This document shows positions 24,024-32,000 of a DNA stretch of 32,000 nt, in pieces. Each line of letters opens with the position of its first letter. Position 1 is the first letter of the stretch. The notes under the pieces were generated by a model. The model saw nothing but the letters and a program-made list of their open reading frames with translations, had not been told where the DNA came from and made no database searches. This DNA comes from Sutcliffiella cohnii (GTDB lineage: Bacteria > Bacillota > Bacilli > Bacillales > Bacillaceae_I): positions 3,870,869 through 3,902,868 of the forward strand of contig NZ_CP018866.1 of the NCBI RefSeq assembly GCF_002250055.1, in the 5' to 3' direction. Position numbers and translations under genes: made by a program.

Positions 24024-25958
24024 TCACATTCTATTATTTACATCTCTTCCTACAACGACAAATTGTTTTACAGTTCCGCTTTCTTCCATGACTGGTGCTA
24101 CTTGCACTTCAATTTTTACCCAGCCTCCGTTAGTATGTTTTGCACGGAAAATAACAAGGCTTTGCTGTTTTGCGTTTAAAACATTTTTGAAATGTTCATC
24201 TACTATCGGTATATCTTCCGGATGTACCCAACTATGTCCTTTTTTTCCTTTGTAATCTTCAGGGTTAAATCCTAATACTTTTTTATGAGAGGGAGAAGCG
24301 TATATAACGTTTCCTTCTAAGTCCCAAACGCCTACTAAATCGAGCATATTTTCCGTAATGATTCTATAATTTGCTTCCCTTAACTTTAACTCTTCCTCGA
24401 TTTTTTTCCGAGGTGTAATGTCAAAGGAAGAACTGATTACTTCGACAACCTGACCCATTTTCTTTACCGGCTGCAAAGAGGTAATATAGAATACATCGTT
24501 TAATTTTGCTTCATACACTACTTTCTCGCCAGACCAAGCACGTTCATAATATGGAAGCTTTTCATTTACTAATTCTTTTTCAAGAAAGTCTTTAAGCTCT
24601 TTTCCGATGATTTGTTCTGGAATTAATCCAAATTTGTAAATTAACTCCCCACCACATAATGTGTGAATGAATGCATTTCCTTTTTTGATAAACTTCATAA
24701 TCATTCCTTGCTGCTTACTAATCGTATCGATAAGTTCTTGGCGATCTACACTATTCGCTTCTTCAATCCAATGTTGGTTGGAAAGGTCTTTTGGTAGCCC
24801 GCTTGTAGGAATAACTTGCTCGACATCTTTTAAAATACAAATCAACTCTTCCGGTGGAAGCGGCTTACTAAATAAATAACCTTGTGCTTCATCACAGACG
24901 TGTCGCTGGAGGAATAAAAGATGTTCTTTAATTTCTACTCCTTCGGCAATAACTTCTAGGTTTAATTGATGTGCCATCGCAATAATAGTTTTAACGATTG
25001 TTGCATCATTCGTATCGATAGAACAATTTCGAACAAATGATTGATCAATCTTCAGCCGGTCAATCGGAATATTTTTTAAATAATGGAGAGAACTATAACC
25101 TGTTCCAAAATCATCTAAGCTTATTTGCACTCCGAGGTTTTTTAAGTCTCTTAATACAGGAATACTTTTTTCATGATCCATTAGCATGCTTTCCGTTATT
25201 TCAAGCTCTAAGTATGAAGGGTCCAACTCTGTTTCGTTTAAGATTTGCTGAACAATCGGGACAAAACCAGGTTGATGCAGTTGTCTAACAGATAGGTTTA
25301 CAGACATTAACATGGGAGGATGACCTTCTTCTTGCCAAGCTTTATTTTGGCGGCATGCTTCACGAAGTGTCCATTCTCCTATTGGGATAATAAGCCCGCT
25401 TTCTTCTGTAATAGGAATAAACTCTCCAGGTGAAATCAATCCTCTTTTTGGATGTTTCCAACGAATAAGCGCTTCTACACCGACGATTTTTCCAGTCGTT
25501 AAGCTTAATTTCGGCTGGTAAAATAAAGTGAACTGCTTTTTATCCAGCGCATACTGTAGCTCAAATGCGGTAATCCATTCTTTCTTTATTAAGGCGTCTT
25601 TTTTCACTTGCGGTGAAGGATTATTGACCTCGCTTTGATCTTTTACAACGAGAAAATATCCTTTTAATTCACCCTTTTCTACAATTGGAATAACCTGTAC
25701 TTCCACGTCCACCTGATCGCCATTTTTATAAGTAAGCTGTGAAGCCATTCTATCTTCATGGGAAATGGAAAAATCGACACGGAGAATTGTTTTTATATGT
25801 TTATGTAATAAATCATTGATGCTGTACCCATATTTAATGAGATTTTGGTTCGCACCTACGATCTCTTCTTGGAGATTTATTATAAATACTAGCTCTGCAT
25901 GATAAAGATATAACAACTTGTAGTATTGATCATAGCTAGTTAACTTTAAAGATTTCAT
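24024..25958 (-). CDS. PAS/EAL-domain protein, predicted c-di-GMP phosphodiesterase (no GGDEF domain)
   Basis: 644 aa. It has an N-terminal PAS-like segment and an EAL domain with a complete motif set: EALIRW, SVNLS, ELEITE, DDFGTGYSS, KIDQSF, EGVE and QGYLFSKP. Two C-terminal PAS-like modules follow. It has its own upstream intergenic region of 208 bp. Confidence 0.85.
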   Translation of the reverse strand: MKSLKLTSYDQYYKLLYLYHAELVFIINLQEEIVGANQNLIKYGYSINDLLHKHIKTILRVDFSISHEDRMASQLTYKNGDQVDVEVQVIPIVEKGELKGYFLVVKDQSEVNNPSPQVKKDALIKKEWITAFELQYALDKKQFTLFYQPKLSLTTGKIVGVEALIRWKHPKRGLISPGEFIPITEESGLIIPIGEWTLREACRQNKAWQEEGHPPMLMSVNLSVRQLHQPGFVPIVQQILNETELDPSYLELEITESMLMDHEKSIPVLRDLKNLGVQISLDDFGTGYSSLHYLKNIPIDRLKIDQSFVRNCSIDTNDATIVKTIIAMAHQLNLEVIAEGVEIKEHLLFLQRHVCDEAQGYLFSKPLPPEELICILKDVEQVIPTSGLPKDLSNQHWIEEANSVDRQELIDTISKQQGMIMKFIKKGNAFIHTLCGGELIYKFGLIPEQIIGKELKDFLEKELVNEKLPYYERAWSGEKVVYEAKLNDVFYITSLQPVKKMGQVVEVISSSFDITPRKKIEEELKLREANYRIITENMLDLVGVWDLEGNVIYASPSHKKVLGFNPEDYKGKKGHSWVHPEDIPIVDEHFKNVLNAKQQSLVIFRAKHTNGGWVKIEVQVAPVMEESGTVKQFVVVGRDVNNRM

Positions 25959-26131
25959 TTACTCCATACCCTTCTGTTATGTAGAAATATCGTATAGTAT
26001 TCAGTAATATTTCGTAAATAATGTGAGATTTTTCCTCACTCTATTATAATAATACAAATTTCGTGTAAATTCGATACTTTTCGTCAAAATTAGACATTTT
26101 ATTAGGATGATTTTACTAGGGAAGGTAGTTT

Positions 26132-26166
26132 AGAAGAAAAGGATGCTAGTGGGAGATAGGCATCCT
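26132..26166 (-). terminator. Hairpin ending the flaG-fliD-fliS-fliT-orf operon
   Basis: AGGATGC (26140-26146) pairs with GCATCCT (26160-26166) around a 13-nt loop. The minus strand is followed by TTTCTTCT. The hairpin abuts the stop codon. The large loop and interrupted U-tract lower confidence. Confidence 0.5.
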
Positions 26167-26538
26167 TTAATGAAATATAACTGTTTTTAAGTGTGACTGT
26201 AAATGAATCTTCCAAGCTTCAAAAGCTGGTATAATATGATGTTGAAAAATTTCGTTAGAAGCATGAACCGGTTCCGTACTAATTTTATCTAATTCATGCA
26301 CTACTACCTCAAATGAAGCAATTGCTTGCACTTTCTCTGTATCATCATGAAAAATATCCAACAACGCCTCATTCATTTGTTGTATTTTAAGAAACGCTAA
26401 TAAAGAATCGTAGTAGACACGCTCCTCCATTTCGCTACCAGCATTCGTTCGGTCCGAACCTAAATATCGAAGCGCCTCTACTGTTACTTCTAAAAGTTCA
26501 TTGTATTCTCGGATAAAGGTGATTTGTTCTTCTGTCAT
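26167..26538 (-). CDS. Hypothetical helical protein coupled to fliT (123 aa from the preferred start)
   Basis: The track ORF starts with GTG at 26547, abutting the fliT stop. The ATG at 26538 has AGGTGA 5 nt upstream. The protein is acidic and predicted all-helical. I recognise no family motif. Confidence 0.55.
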   Translation of the reverse strand: MTEEQITFIREYNELLEVTVEALRYLGSDRTNAGSEMEERVYYDSLLAFLKIQQMNEALLDIFHDDTEKVQAIASFEVVVHELDKISTEPVHASNEIFQHHIIPAFEAWKIHLQSHLKTVIFH

Positions 26539-26547
26539 GCAGGTCAC

Positions 26548-26898
26548 CTAGTTTCGTTTGTCGTAGTATGTGCCGTCAAGGCTAGGTGCTTGAAAAGAAT
26601 TAGCATAAGCTTTATTCACCTTTTTTGATTGCTTTATTTTCATCATTTCCTCGCTAATTCTAACTTTACGGTTTTGAAGTAATTGTTGAATTTTTATATC
26701 TAACTGCACTACACTTTTACCAATTACCTTTTCTTCTTCTGAGTAGGGAGGTTTTATCACCTCTAATAAAACCTCTCTTTTTTGCAGTAATTCATTCATT
26801 GGTTGCAAGTAGTCATCATCTTCTTTAATAGGTGGTAAGTTTTGAAGAAGGTGAAGTAATTCTAAACTAACATCGTTATAAGCTTGCATTCGATTCAT
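26548..26898 (-). CDS. fliT: Flagellar export chaperone FliT (Bacillus type)
   Basis: 116 aa and helical. The C-terminal ...DGTYYDKRN tail and the position directly after fliS resemble B. subtilis FliT as I recall it. Its ATG overlaps the fliS stop (TAATG). Confidence 0.7.
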   Translation of the reverse strand: MNRMQAYNDVSLELLHLLQNLPPIKEDDDYLQPMNELLQKREVLLEVIKPPYSEEEKVIGKSVVQLDIKIQQLLQNRKVRISEEMMKIKQSKKVNKAYANSFQAPSLDGTYYDKRN

Positions 26899-27299
26899 TA
26901 CACTTGTCCACCTTGACCAAATTGCTTCTGGCGATTAATTTTAATTACTTCTTTCCACGTATCTCTTAACTCTACTAAGTATCCTTCCGCTTCTACTAAT
27001 ACATCTGCACTATTCGTCGTATTTGCTTCTACTAATCTACGATTAATGTAATCATACATCGCCATTAACGATTTTGAGATTTCAATGTCCATATTTAATG
27101 TCACCATTAGTTCTCTCACGATATCTTGAGCTTTTATTAAATGTGTATGTTTAGCAGAAATGTTACTATCTTGGATTGCTTGTTTTGCTAGTTTCACATT
27201 TTTAATAACACCATTATATAGCATAATAGTTAACTCTCCTGGAGATGCTGTTGAAACACTATTTTCTTGGTAAGCTTTGTAAGGATTATTCATTGCCAT
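26898..27299 (-). CDS. fliS: Flagellin-specific chaperone FliS
   Basis: 133 aa with the typical FliS N-terminus (NPYKAYQENSV.TASPGELT.MLY) and four-helix-bundle blocks (MYDY...RL.EAN). Confidence 0.92.
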   Translation of the reverse strand: MAMNNPYKAYQENSVSTASPGELTIMLYNGVIKNVKLAKQAIQDSNISAKHTHLIKAQDIVRELMVTLNMDIEISKSLMAMYDYINRRLVEANTTNSADVLVEAEGYLVELRDTWKEVIKINRQKQFGQGGQV

Positions 27300-27315
27300 T
27301 TTTTATTTCCCTCTC

Positions 27316-29100
27316 TTAACTCATAAATTGAGAATATAAGTAGTTCGCTTGACTGTTCATTTGTGATAATGCTTTTTCCATAGCAGTGAACTGGCTCCAG
27401 TACCTATTTTCAATTCCTACTAATCTTCGTTCAAAATCTGTAATTCTTTTTTCAACGTCGATTAACTCACGCCCTAATGAAAACTGTTGATTTGTTCGGT
27501 ATTGATTTCCAGCTTTCGTTTCAATACTTTTAATCGTATTGTCGGCGATAGTACGAAGTCGTTGAGCAAGCCCCTTCTCCGCTTGTGTTGGACCATTTTG
27601 TCCAAAAAGCTTCCTTACTTCATCCGGGTTGGAAGCAAGTGCTTCTCTTAGTTTTCCTTCATCAACAATAAGTTTCCCACCTTCACGGAAATCACGGGAA
27701 GTTGTTATACCTATTTTCGCTAGTTGGTTGAACGCTGGGTCTACACCTTCTACTATGTTGAACATTTCTCGTCTAAACTGATCTAACGCGCTACGTAATG
27801 TCGAATCACTCTGGAGTAATCCACTACGAGCTTTCTCTTCCCAAAGTTCCACTTCACGGTCACTCAATTCACGCTTTTGTTCATCCGTTAGCGGTGGGTA
27901 ATTTCTATTCTTTTGCTCGTTTACCTTCCCACTTATTTCTCCAATAAGCTCATTATACGTGTTTACAAAGTTCATAACCTCATCAAACGCTTTATCCGTA
28001 TTAGCATTTACTGTTAAGTTGATGGACTCATTACCAACTGTGTTGCTTTTTAGTGTGATGGTCATGCCGTTCATCGTAAATGTATTACTTTTACGAGACG
28101 TTTCTAAACCATTAATGGTGAACCTTGCGTCCGAACCACCTGTTTCTCTAGAAGGATCCATTTGTAAAACACTCGTTAAAAACGCTCCTTCAAAAGTCAT
28201 TTCTGGTCCTTCAATATTAAAATTCCCTGTTTCTTTTCTAGTAAAAACAATTTGGTCCGATTGACTATCGTAAAGTGCAGTGACACCAGCTGCTGATGTA
28301 TTTATCCCAGAAATAACTTGGTTTAACGTTGCGGTACCGTCAAATTCGAGCGGAGTTGCTTTTGCCGTGCCGTTCGCATCATACGTTGTAATCGAAAAAT
28401 TAAAGGAATAATGATCATAAGAAAACGACTGAAGTTCATCTCCCTCTTCAAATGTTTCACTAAAGGTTACTTGTCCGGTGTTTGTGTCAACGAAAAATGC
28501 TTGACCACCATTCTCTAATTCTTCAAGCGAATTTACTCTTGTAAAATCACGTGAAGATACAGTTAATGTATTAGGGAATGTCTCGCTATTGATAGCTCCT
28601 TTGGAGAGACGAACCGAGTTTTTGTTCGAGAGAGATACTGCTGACTGTTCAAAAGAATTCTCTACCCAAACGTCAGAACCTTCTACGTTTGCTAAACCGG
28701 CTACTTTATCACGTTGACTCCATAAACTTTGTGTAGGATCTAATTTATTTTGTTCATCCGAAGAGATCGTCCCGGCGCTAATATTTGTAGCTGCACTTGC
28801 TAACGTGATGTTTTCCAGTTTATACGAACCAAACGCAGCCGATGAAGAGGCCGTTGCCGTTGCGATATTAGTATTAGATGTTGAAACTGTTTTTGCTCCT
28901 AATGAAGTAGAGAGCGTTAAATTCCTAGATAAATCACGGAAATTGGCTAACATCGTATTCATTTCGCGATACGCATCACGTTGCCATTCTATTGTCGTTC
29001 TTCTTTGATAAAACTTGTCCAAAGGTATACGTTCGGCTTTCATTAAGTCTTTTACCATTTGGTCAATGTCCATACCACTTGCAAATCCACTTATTCTCAT
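27316..29100 (-). CDS. fliD: Flagellar filament cap protein FliD
   Basis: 594 aa with the FliD N-terminal block (ISGFASGMDIDQMVKDLMKAER.PLD) and the C-terminal block (RYW.QFTAME.A...MNSQ...L). The central region is long compared with B. subtilis FliD. Confidence 0.9.
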   Translation of the reverse strand: MRISGFASGMDIDQMVKDLMKAERIPLDKFYQRRTTIEWQRDAYREMNTMLANFRDLSRNLTLSTSLGAKTVSTSNTNIATATASSSAAFGSYKLENITLASAATNISAGTISSDEQNKLDPTQSLWSQRDKVAGLANVEGSDVWVENSFEQSAVSLSNKNSVRLSKGAINSETFPNTLTVSSRDFTRVNSLEELENGGQAFFVDTNTGQVTFSETFEEGDELQSFSYDHYSFNFSITTYDANGTAKATPLEFDGTATLNQVISGINTSAAGVTALYDSQSDQIVFTRKETGNFNIEGPEMTFEGAFLTSVLQMDPSRETGGSDARFTINGLETSRKSNTFTMNGMTITLKSNTVGNESINLTVNANTDKAFDEVMNFVNTYNELIGEISGKVNEQKNRNYPPLTDEQKRELSDREVELWEEKARSGLLQSDSTLRSALDQFRREMFNIVEGVDPAFNQLAKIGITTSRDFREGGKLIVDEGKLREALASNPDEVRKLFGQNGPTQAEKGLAQRLRTIADNTIKSIETKAGNQYRTNQQFSLGRELIDVEKRITDFERRLVGIENRYWSQFTAMEKALSQMNSQANYLYSQFMS

Positions 29101-29115
29101 GTTGTCGTGTTCCTC

Positions 29116-29430
29116 CTATATTTTTTGGTCTACAAATAATCCCATAAACTTGGCCATTTCTGCATACATGTCTAACAATTTCTTAGGTGGAATTTCCTTC
29201 ACAACCTCTTTCGTTTCTTGGTCCACTATCGAAACATAGTACTCATTTAATTCATCATGAAAAGAAAATTGCACCGATGTATTTAAAGGTTTTAAAAATT
29301 GGTTAATACTATCGACAACATTTTCTACGTTTTTATGTTCTTTTGCAATTTCTACCTCTGAAGTTTCTGTCTTTACGTTGTAAGTGTTAGTAGAAAGAAA
29401 ATTTGTTAATTTAGAAGAGTTAATCTCCAT
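29116..29430 (-). CDS. flaG: FlaG-family flagellar protein
   Basis: 104 aa. The C-terminal FSFHDELNEYYVSIVDQETKEVVKEIPPKKLLDM block is typical of FlaG/YvyC. It is the first gene of the operon, upstream of fliD. Confidence 0.8.
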   Translation of the reverse strand: MEINSSKLTNFLSTNTYNVKTETSEVEIAKEHKNVENVVDSINQFLKPLNTSVQFSFHDELNEYYVSIVDQETKEVVKEIPPKKLLDMYAEMAKFMGLFVDQKI

Positions 29431-29469
29431 TCCCCATCCCCGCTTTCTAACAATACAGCTTTTCTTTTT

Positions 29470-29496
29470 ATATCGGTTATTTTGGTGAATTCTTTA
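29470..29496 (-). promoter_or_regulatory. SigD-type promoter for flaG-fliD-fliS-fliT
   Basis: The minus strand reads TAAA (29496-29493), a 15-nt spacer, then ACCGATAT (29477-29470). The consensus is TAAA-N15-GCCGATAT. It lies about 40 nt upstream of the flaG ATG. Confidence 0.75.
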
Positions 29497-29499
29497 GAC

Positions 29500-29530
29500 A
29501 AAAAAAAGAGAGCCAAAAAACTTGGCCCTC
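29500..29530 (-). terminator. Rho-independent terminator after the large surface-protein gene
   Basis: On the minus strand GAGGGCC pairs with GGCTCTC (one G-U pair; plus coordinates 29508-29514 and 29524-29530) around a 9-nt loop, followed by T8. Confidence 0.7.
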
Positions 29531-29541
29531 TTAAGTAATAA

Positions 29542-32000
29542 TTAAAACTTCATATTTTTCCCGTTATTATTGCCACTATTACTTTGAACTTTAACTGTTG
29601 TATAGCCTACTACAAGCTGCCCATCAACATAACCTCTAAATTCCAGGACTTGCTCATATTGATTCCAAACAAATTCGTCTCGATTGAATTTGAATTGTCC
29701 ATTTTCGGCTTGCTTTTGGCTTCCATTGCTCTTATTAATAGCGTTTACTCCATTTATTGTTACCGTATTAAGATTAATACCTTTTGTATTAAATTTCCCC
29801 GCTAAGTTAACTTTTACTGTAAACACACCTGTATTTGGTGCAATTACTTTAGGTAATACTTCAAAGTCTACTAGTGGAATGTAAACGACAAATTCTGATT
29901 CAAGTGTTGTAACATTACCTGCATTGTCTACCACTTCGAATTTTAACGTATATTTTCCTGGTTGGTCAAGTGCAACAACATCGCCATTGTTGTATTGCTT
30001 ACCATTAAATAACAATGTTTCTGATTGAATACCGGAAAGTGCATCAAAGGCATCATAAGTTAATGTTAATTCTGTACCTAATGCATACTCATCTTCGTAA
30101 TCCCAGCTAACAGCAGGAGCTGTTTTATCAATTTTTACGTATTCCGTTTGTTCAGCTTCCACATTGCCTGCTTGATCGACGCTATAGTAGCTTACTTCGT
30201 ATAGACCTTCTTCTTCAAACGTAATGTTTGTGTTTTCTTCATAGTTAGATCCATTTACAGATACGTATGTTTTCATTACACCACTTAAATTATCCGTTGC
30301 AGCTAGTTGTAGTGTAAACGCCTCTGCTAACCAAGCATCTACTATATTTGAACTAGTTTCTGGAACTGTGAAATCAAGCTTCACTTGCTCTGTTTTCACT
30401 TCTTCTACATTGACAGCGTTGTCTACACTGTAATAGCTTACTTCATGGATGCCTTCTTCTTCGATTGTGAAGGATGTTCCTTCTACAAAGTCAGAACCGT
30501 TTAATGAATAGTACGTAGTTGCTACTCCGCTTTTTTCATCAGTAGCAGTCAATTGTACGCTATACACTTCTTTTAGCCAGCCTTCTTCAATGTTCGAAGT
30601 TGTTTCTGGCAGTGTGAAATCAAGCTTCACTTGCTCTGTTTTCACTTCTTCTACATTACCAGCCTTGTCAACACTGTAGTAGCTTACTTCATGGACACCT
30701 TCTTTGGAGATAGTAAAGCTTGTTCCTTCTGTAAATGCTGATCCGTTAATAGAGTAATAGGTGTTACCAACACCACTCTTACCGTCTTCAGCTGTAAACT
30801 CAACCTTGTAAGCTTCATTTAACCATTTTTCATTACTTATGTTTGATGTCGTTACTGGAGATGATTGGTCTATCTTCACTTTCACCGTCTGAACTTCTTC
30901 TTTATTCCCTACTTTATCAACAGAGTAGAAGGATATAGTATGAATCCCTTCGCCCTCTACTACAAAACTCTTTCCTTCCACAAAGGCACTATCATTAATT
31001 GAATAATACGTGTTTGCTACTCCTGTATCTTCATCTGTAGCAAATAAAGTTAAAGTAACTGATTCATTTGTCCAATTTTCCGGTGCATTGATGGTAGTAA
31101 CCGGTGGTTCAGTATCAACGATTAATTTTGCTAAAACGATATTGGAACGTGCTGATTCACCAAATGAGTTACTATAAGACGTTACAACATATTCATGGTT
31201 TCGATAAGATAAATCCCTAACTGTGTAAGATAGGTTGTTTACCCTTTCTGCTATTAAAACAGCTTCTCCATCTATTAATTCATAAATATTGTAGCCATTT
31301 GCATATGTAACAAAATCCCACGAAATTCGAGCACTCGTCTCACTTAATAAAACTAAGTTTGCTACCGGTGGCTCCATAATTGGATAAATAATCGTTTCTG
31401 TTATTCTATTTGACGGTTTTGATTCCCCAAACCTTGTATTAAAAGAAGTAACCTCAAAGGAATGAGTCTCCTCTGTCAAATTGTGAACGGTATAATTTCT
31501 CGCTGTACCTTTATAAAGCAACTCTCTGCTTTCATTATTCACTTTATACACACGGTACTCATTTGCCCATGTGGAAGCTGGCCATGATAACGTAACATTA
31601 TTTGCATTTACAACTGTGCTCGAGATTTGTGGTGACTGTACAGTTGGCCATACTAACGTAAAATCGAGTGTGCTACCTTCTGGAGATTCATCAAAGCGAT
31701 TACTAAAGGAATGAACAACATACTCGTAATTTCCTTCAGGCATATTCGTAAAAGTAACGGAAGTACCAGATACCGTTCTTTCTAATACTAATTCCTCATC
31801 GATGACTCGGTATACTTTATAGTTGTTAGCAAATGTTGAAGCACTCCACTTTAGTGCAATATCATTACCGTTTGAAATACTATTCGTTAAATTACCTGGT
31901 GGCTGCATAATTGGATGAAAAAGAGTAAAGGAAATAGTTTCTCCTTCAAACGACTCACCAAAGCGGTTACTGTTCGAGTGAACCACATAATCATATTCCC
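29542..32000 (-). CDS. Large secreted/surface repeat protein (N-terminus outside the window): FN3-like repeats, five Ig-like/OmpL47-type repeats, C-terminal beta domain
   Basis: The frame stays open to the window edge. The codons upstream of the track start read ...EYDY, continuing the repeat motif NYEYVVHSFSNRF. There are at least three ~90-aa FN3-like repeats (W...Y.VYR...). Five ~80-aa repeats follow, with the motif SGV..TYYS.NGS.F.EGTSFTI..EG.HEVSYYSVD.AGN.E. The stop is at 29542. Confidence 0.8.
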   Translation of the reverse strand, partial: EYDYVVHSNSNRFGESFEGETISFTLFHPIMQPPGNLTNSISNGNDIALKWSASTFANNYKVYRVIDEELVLERTVSGTSVTFTNMPEGNYEYVVHSFSNRFDESPEGSTLDFTLVWPTVQSPQISSTVVNANNVTLSWPASTWANEYRVYKVNNESRELLYKGTARNYTVHNLTEETHSFEVTSFNTRFGESKPSNRITETIIYPIMEPPVANLVLLSETSARISWDFVTYANGYNIYELIDGEAVLIAERVNNLSYTVRDLSYRNHEYVVTSYSNSFGESARSNIVLAKLIVDTEPPVTTINAPENWTNESVTLTLFATDEDTGVANTYYSINDSAFVEGKSFVVEGEGIHTISFYSVDKVGNKEEVQTVKVKIDQSSPVTTSNISNEKWLNEAYKVEFTAEDGKSGVGNTYYSINGSAFTEGTSFTISKEGVHEVSYYSVDKAGNVEEVKTEQVKLDFTLPETTSNIEEGWLKEVYSVQLTATDEKSGVATTYYSLNGSDFVEGTSFTIEEEGIHEVSYYSVDNAVNVEEVKTEQVKLDFTVPETSSNIVDAWLAEAFTLQLAATDNLSGVMKTYVSVNGSNYEENTNITFEEEGLYEVSYYSVDQAGNVEAEQTEYVKIDKTAPAVSWDYEDEYALGTELTLTYDAFDALSGIQSETLLFNGKQYNNGDVVALDQPGKYTLKFEVVDNAGNVTTLESEFVVYIPLVDFEVLPKVIAPNTGVFTVKVNLAGKFNTKGINLNTVTINGVNAINKSNGSQKQAENGQFKFNRDEFVWNQYEQVLEFRGYVDGQLVVGYTTVKVQSNSGNNNGKNMKF

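Noticed and set aside
998-29884. Numerous 60-130 aa ORFs antisense to or out of frame with prfC, glpD, ctpB, the M23 gene, ftsX/ftsE, vpr, prfB, secA, the DoxX-like gene, hpf, the EAL gene, fliD, flaG and the surface-protein gene. Examples are 1204..1479, 5120..5503, 8138..8359, 9666..9857, 11899..12216, 20863..21072, 25037..25288, 27959..28264 and 29584..29805.
   Set aside because: Each lies wholly or largely inside a long ORF with clear family motifs on the other strand or in another frame. None has an independent start signal. They are typical shadow ORFs.
1-32000. A protein-coding defence, toxin-antitoxin or mobile-element system
   Set aside because: All sizeable ORFs are assignable to housekeeping, envelope, motility or signalling families. 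The only unknowns are the small ORFs at 350, 638, 3184, 3398 and 26167. None shows nuclease, ATPase, integrase or toxin-like motifs.

Overview
Low-G+C Bacillaceae chromosomal segment. Every credible gene except one small ORF is on the minus strand. From high to low coordinates the order is: large FN3/Ig-repeat surface protein (partial), flaG-fliD-fliS-fliT plus one coupled unknown gene, a PAS/EAL c-di-GMP phosphodiesterase, hpf, a DoxX-like membrane protein, secA, prfB (programmed +1 frameshift), a YitT-family protein (yvjA-like), cccB, a Vpr-like S8 protease, ftsE-ftsX, a coiled-coil M23 peptidase, ctpB, minJ-like, glpP, glpD, two small genes, prfC, a PilZ-like protein and a small membrane protein. 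As I recall it, this matches the Bacillus subtilis minJ-ctpB-ftsXE-cccB-yvjA-prfB-secA-hpf-fliT-fliS-fliD-flaG neighbourhood, with insertions: vpr, the M23 gene, the DoxX-like gene, the EAL gene and the glp genes. I see no transposase, integrase, CRISPR, restriction-modification or recognisable defence genes, so no protein-coding novel system can be supported. The unexplained structure is non-coding. (1) Two tandem arrays with a strict 21-bp period lie at 12903-13238 (16 units) and about 17566-18425 (39 in-phase units in three sequence families). They share a core, T3-5 then 2-3 nt then GCCAA, and the same orientation. Each sits just past an intrinsic terminator in an oversized intergenic gap. 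(2) A dense DnaA-box cluster at 2801-3151 has seven perfect TTATNCACA/TGTGNATAA sites. (3) A G+C-rich ORF-free segment lies at the window start. All coordinates, motifs and hairpins were read by eye from the sequence. Protein calls rest on recognisable family motifs, not on database searches.
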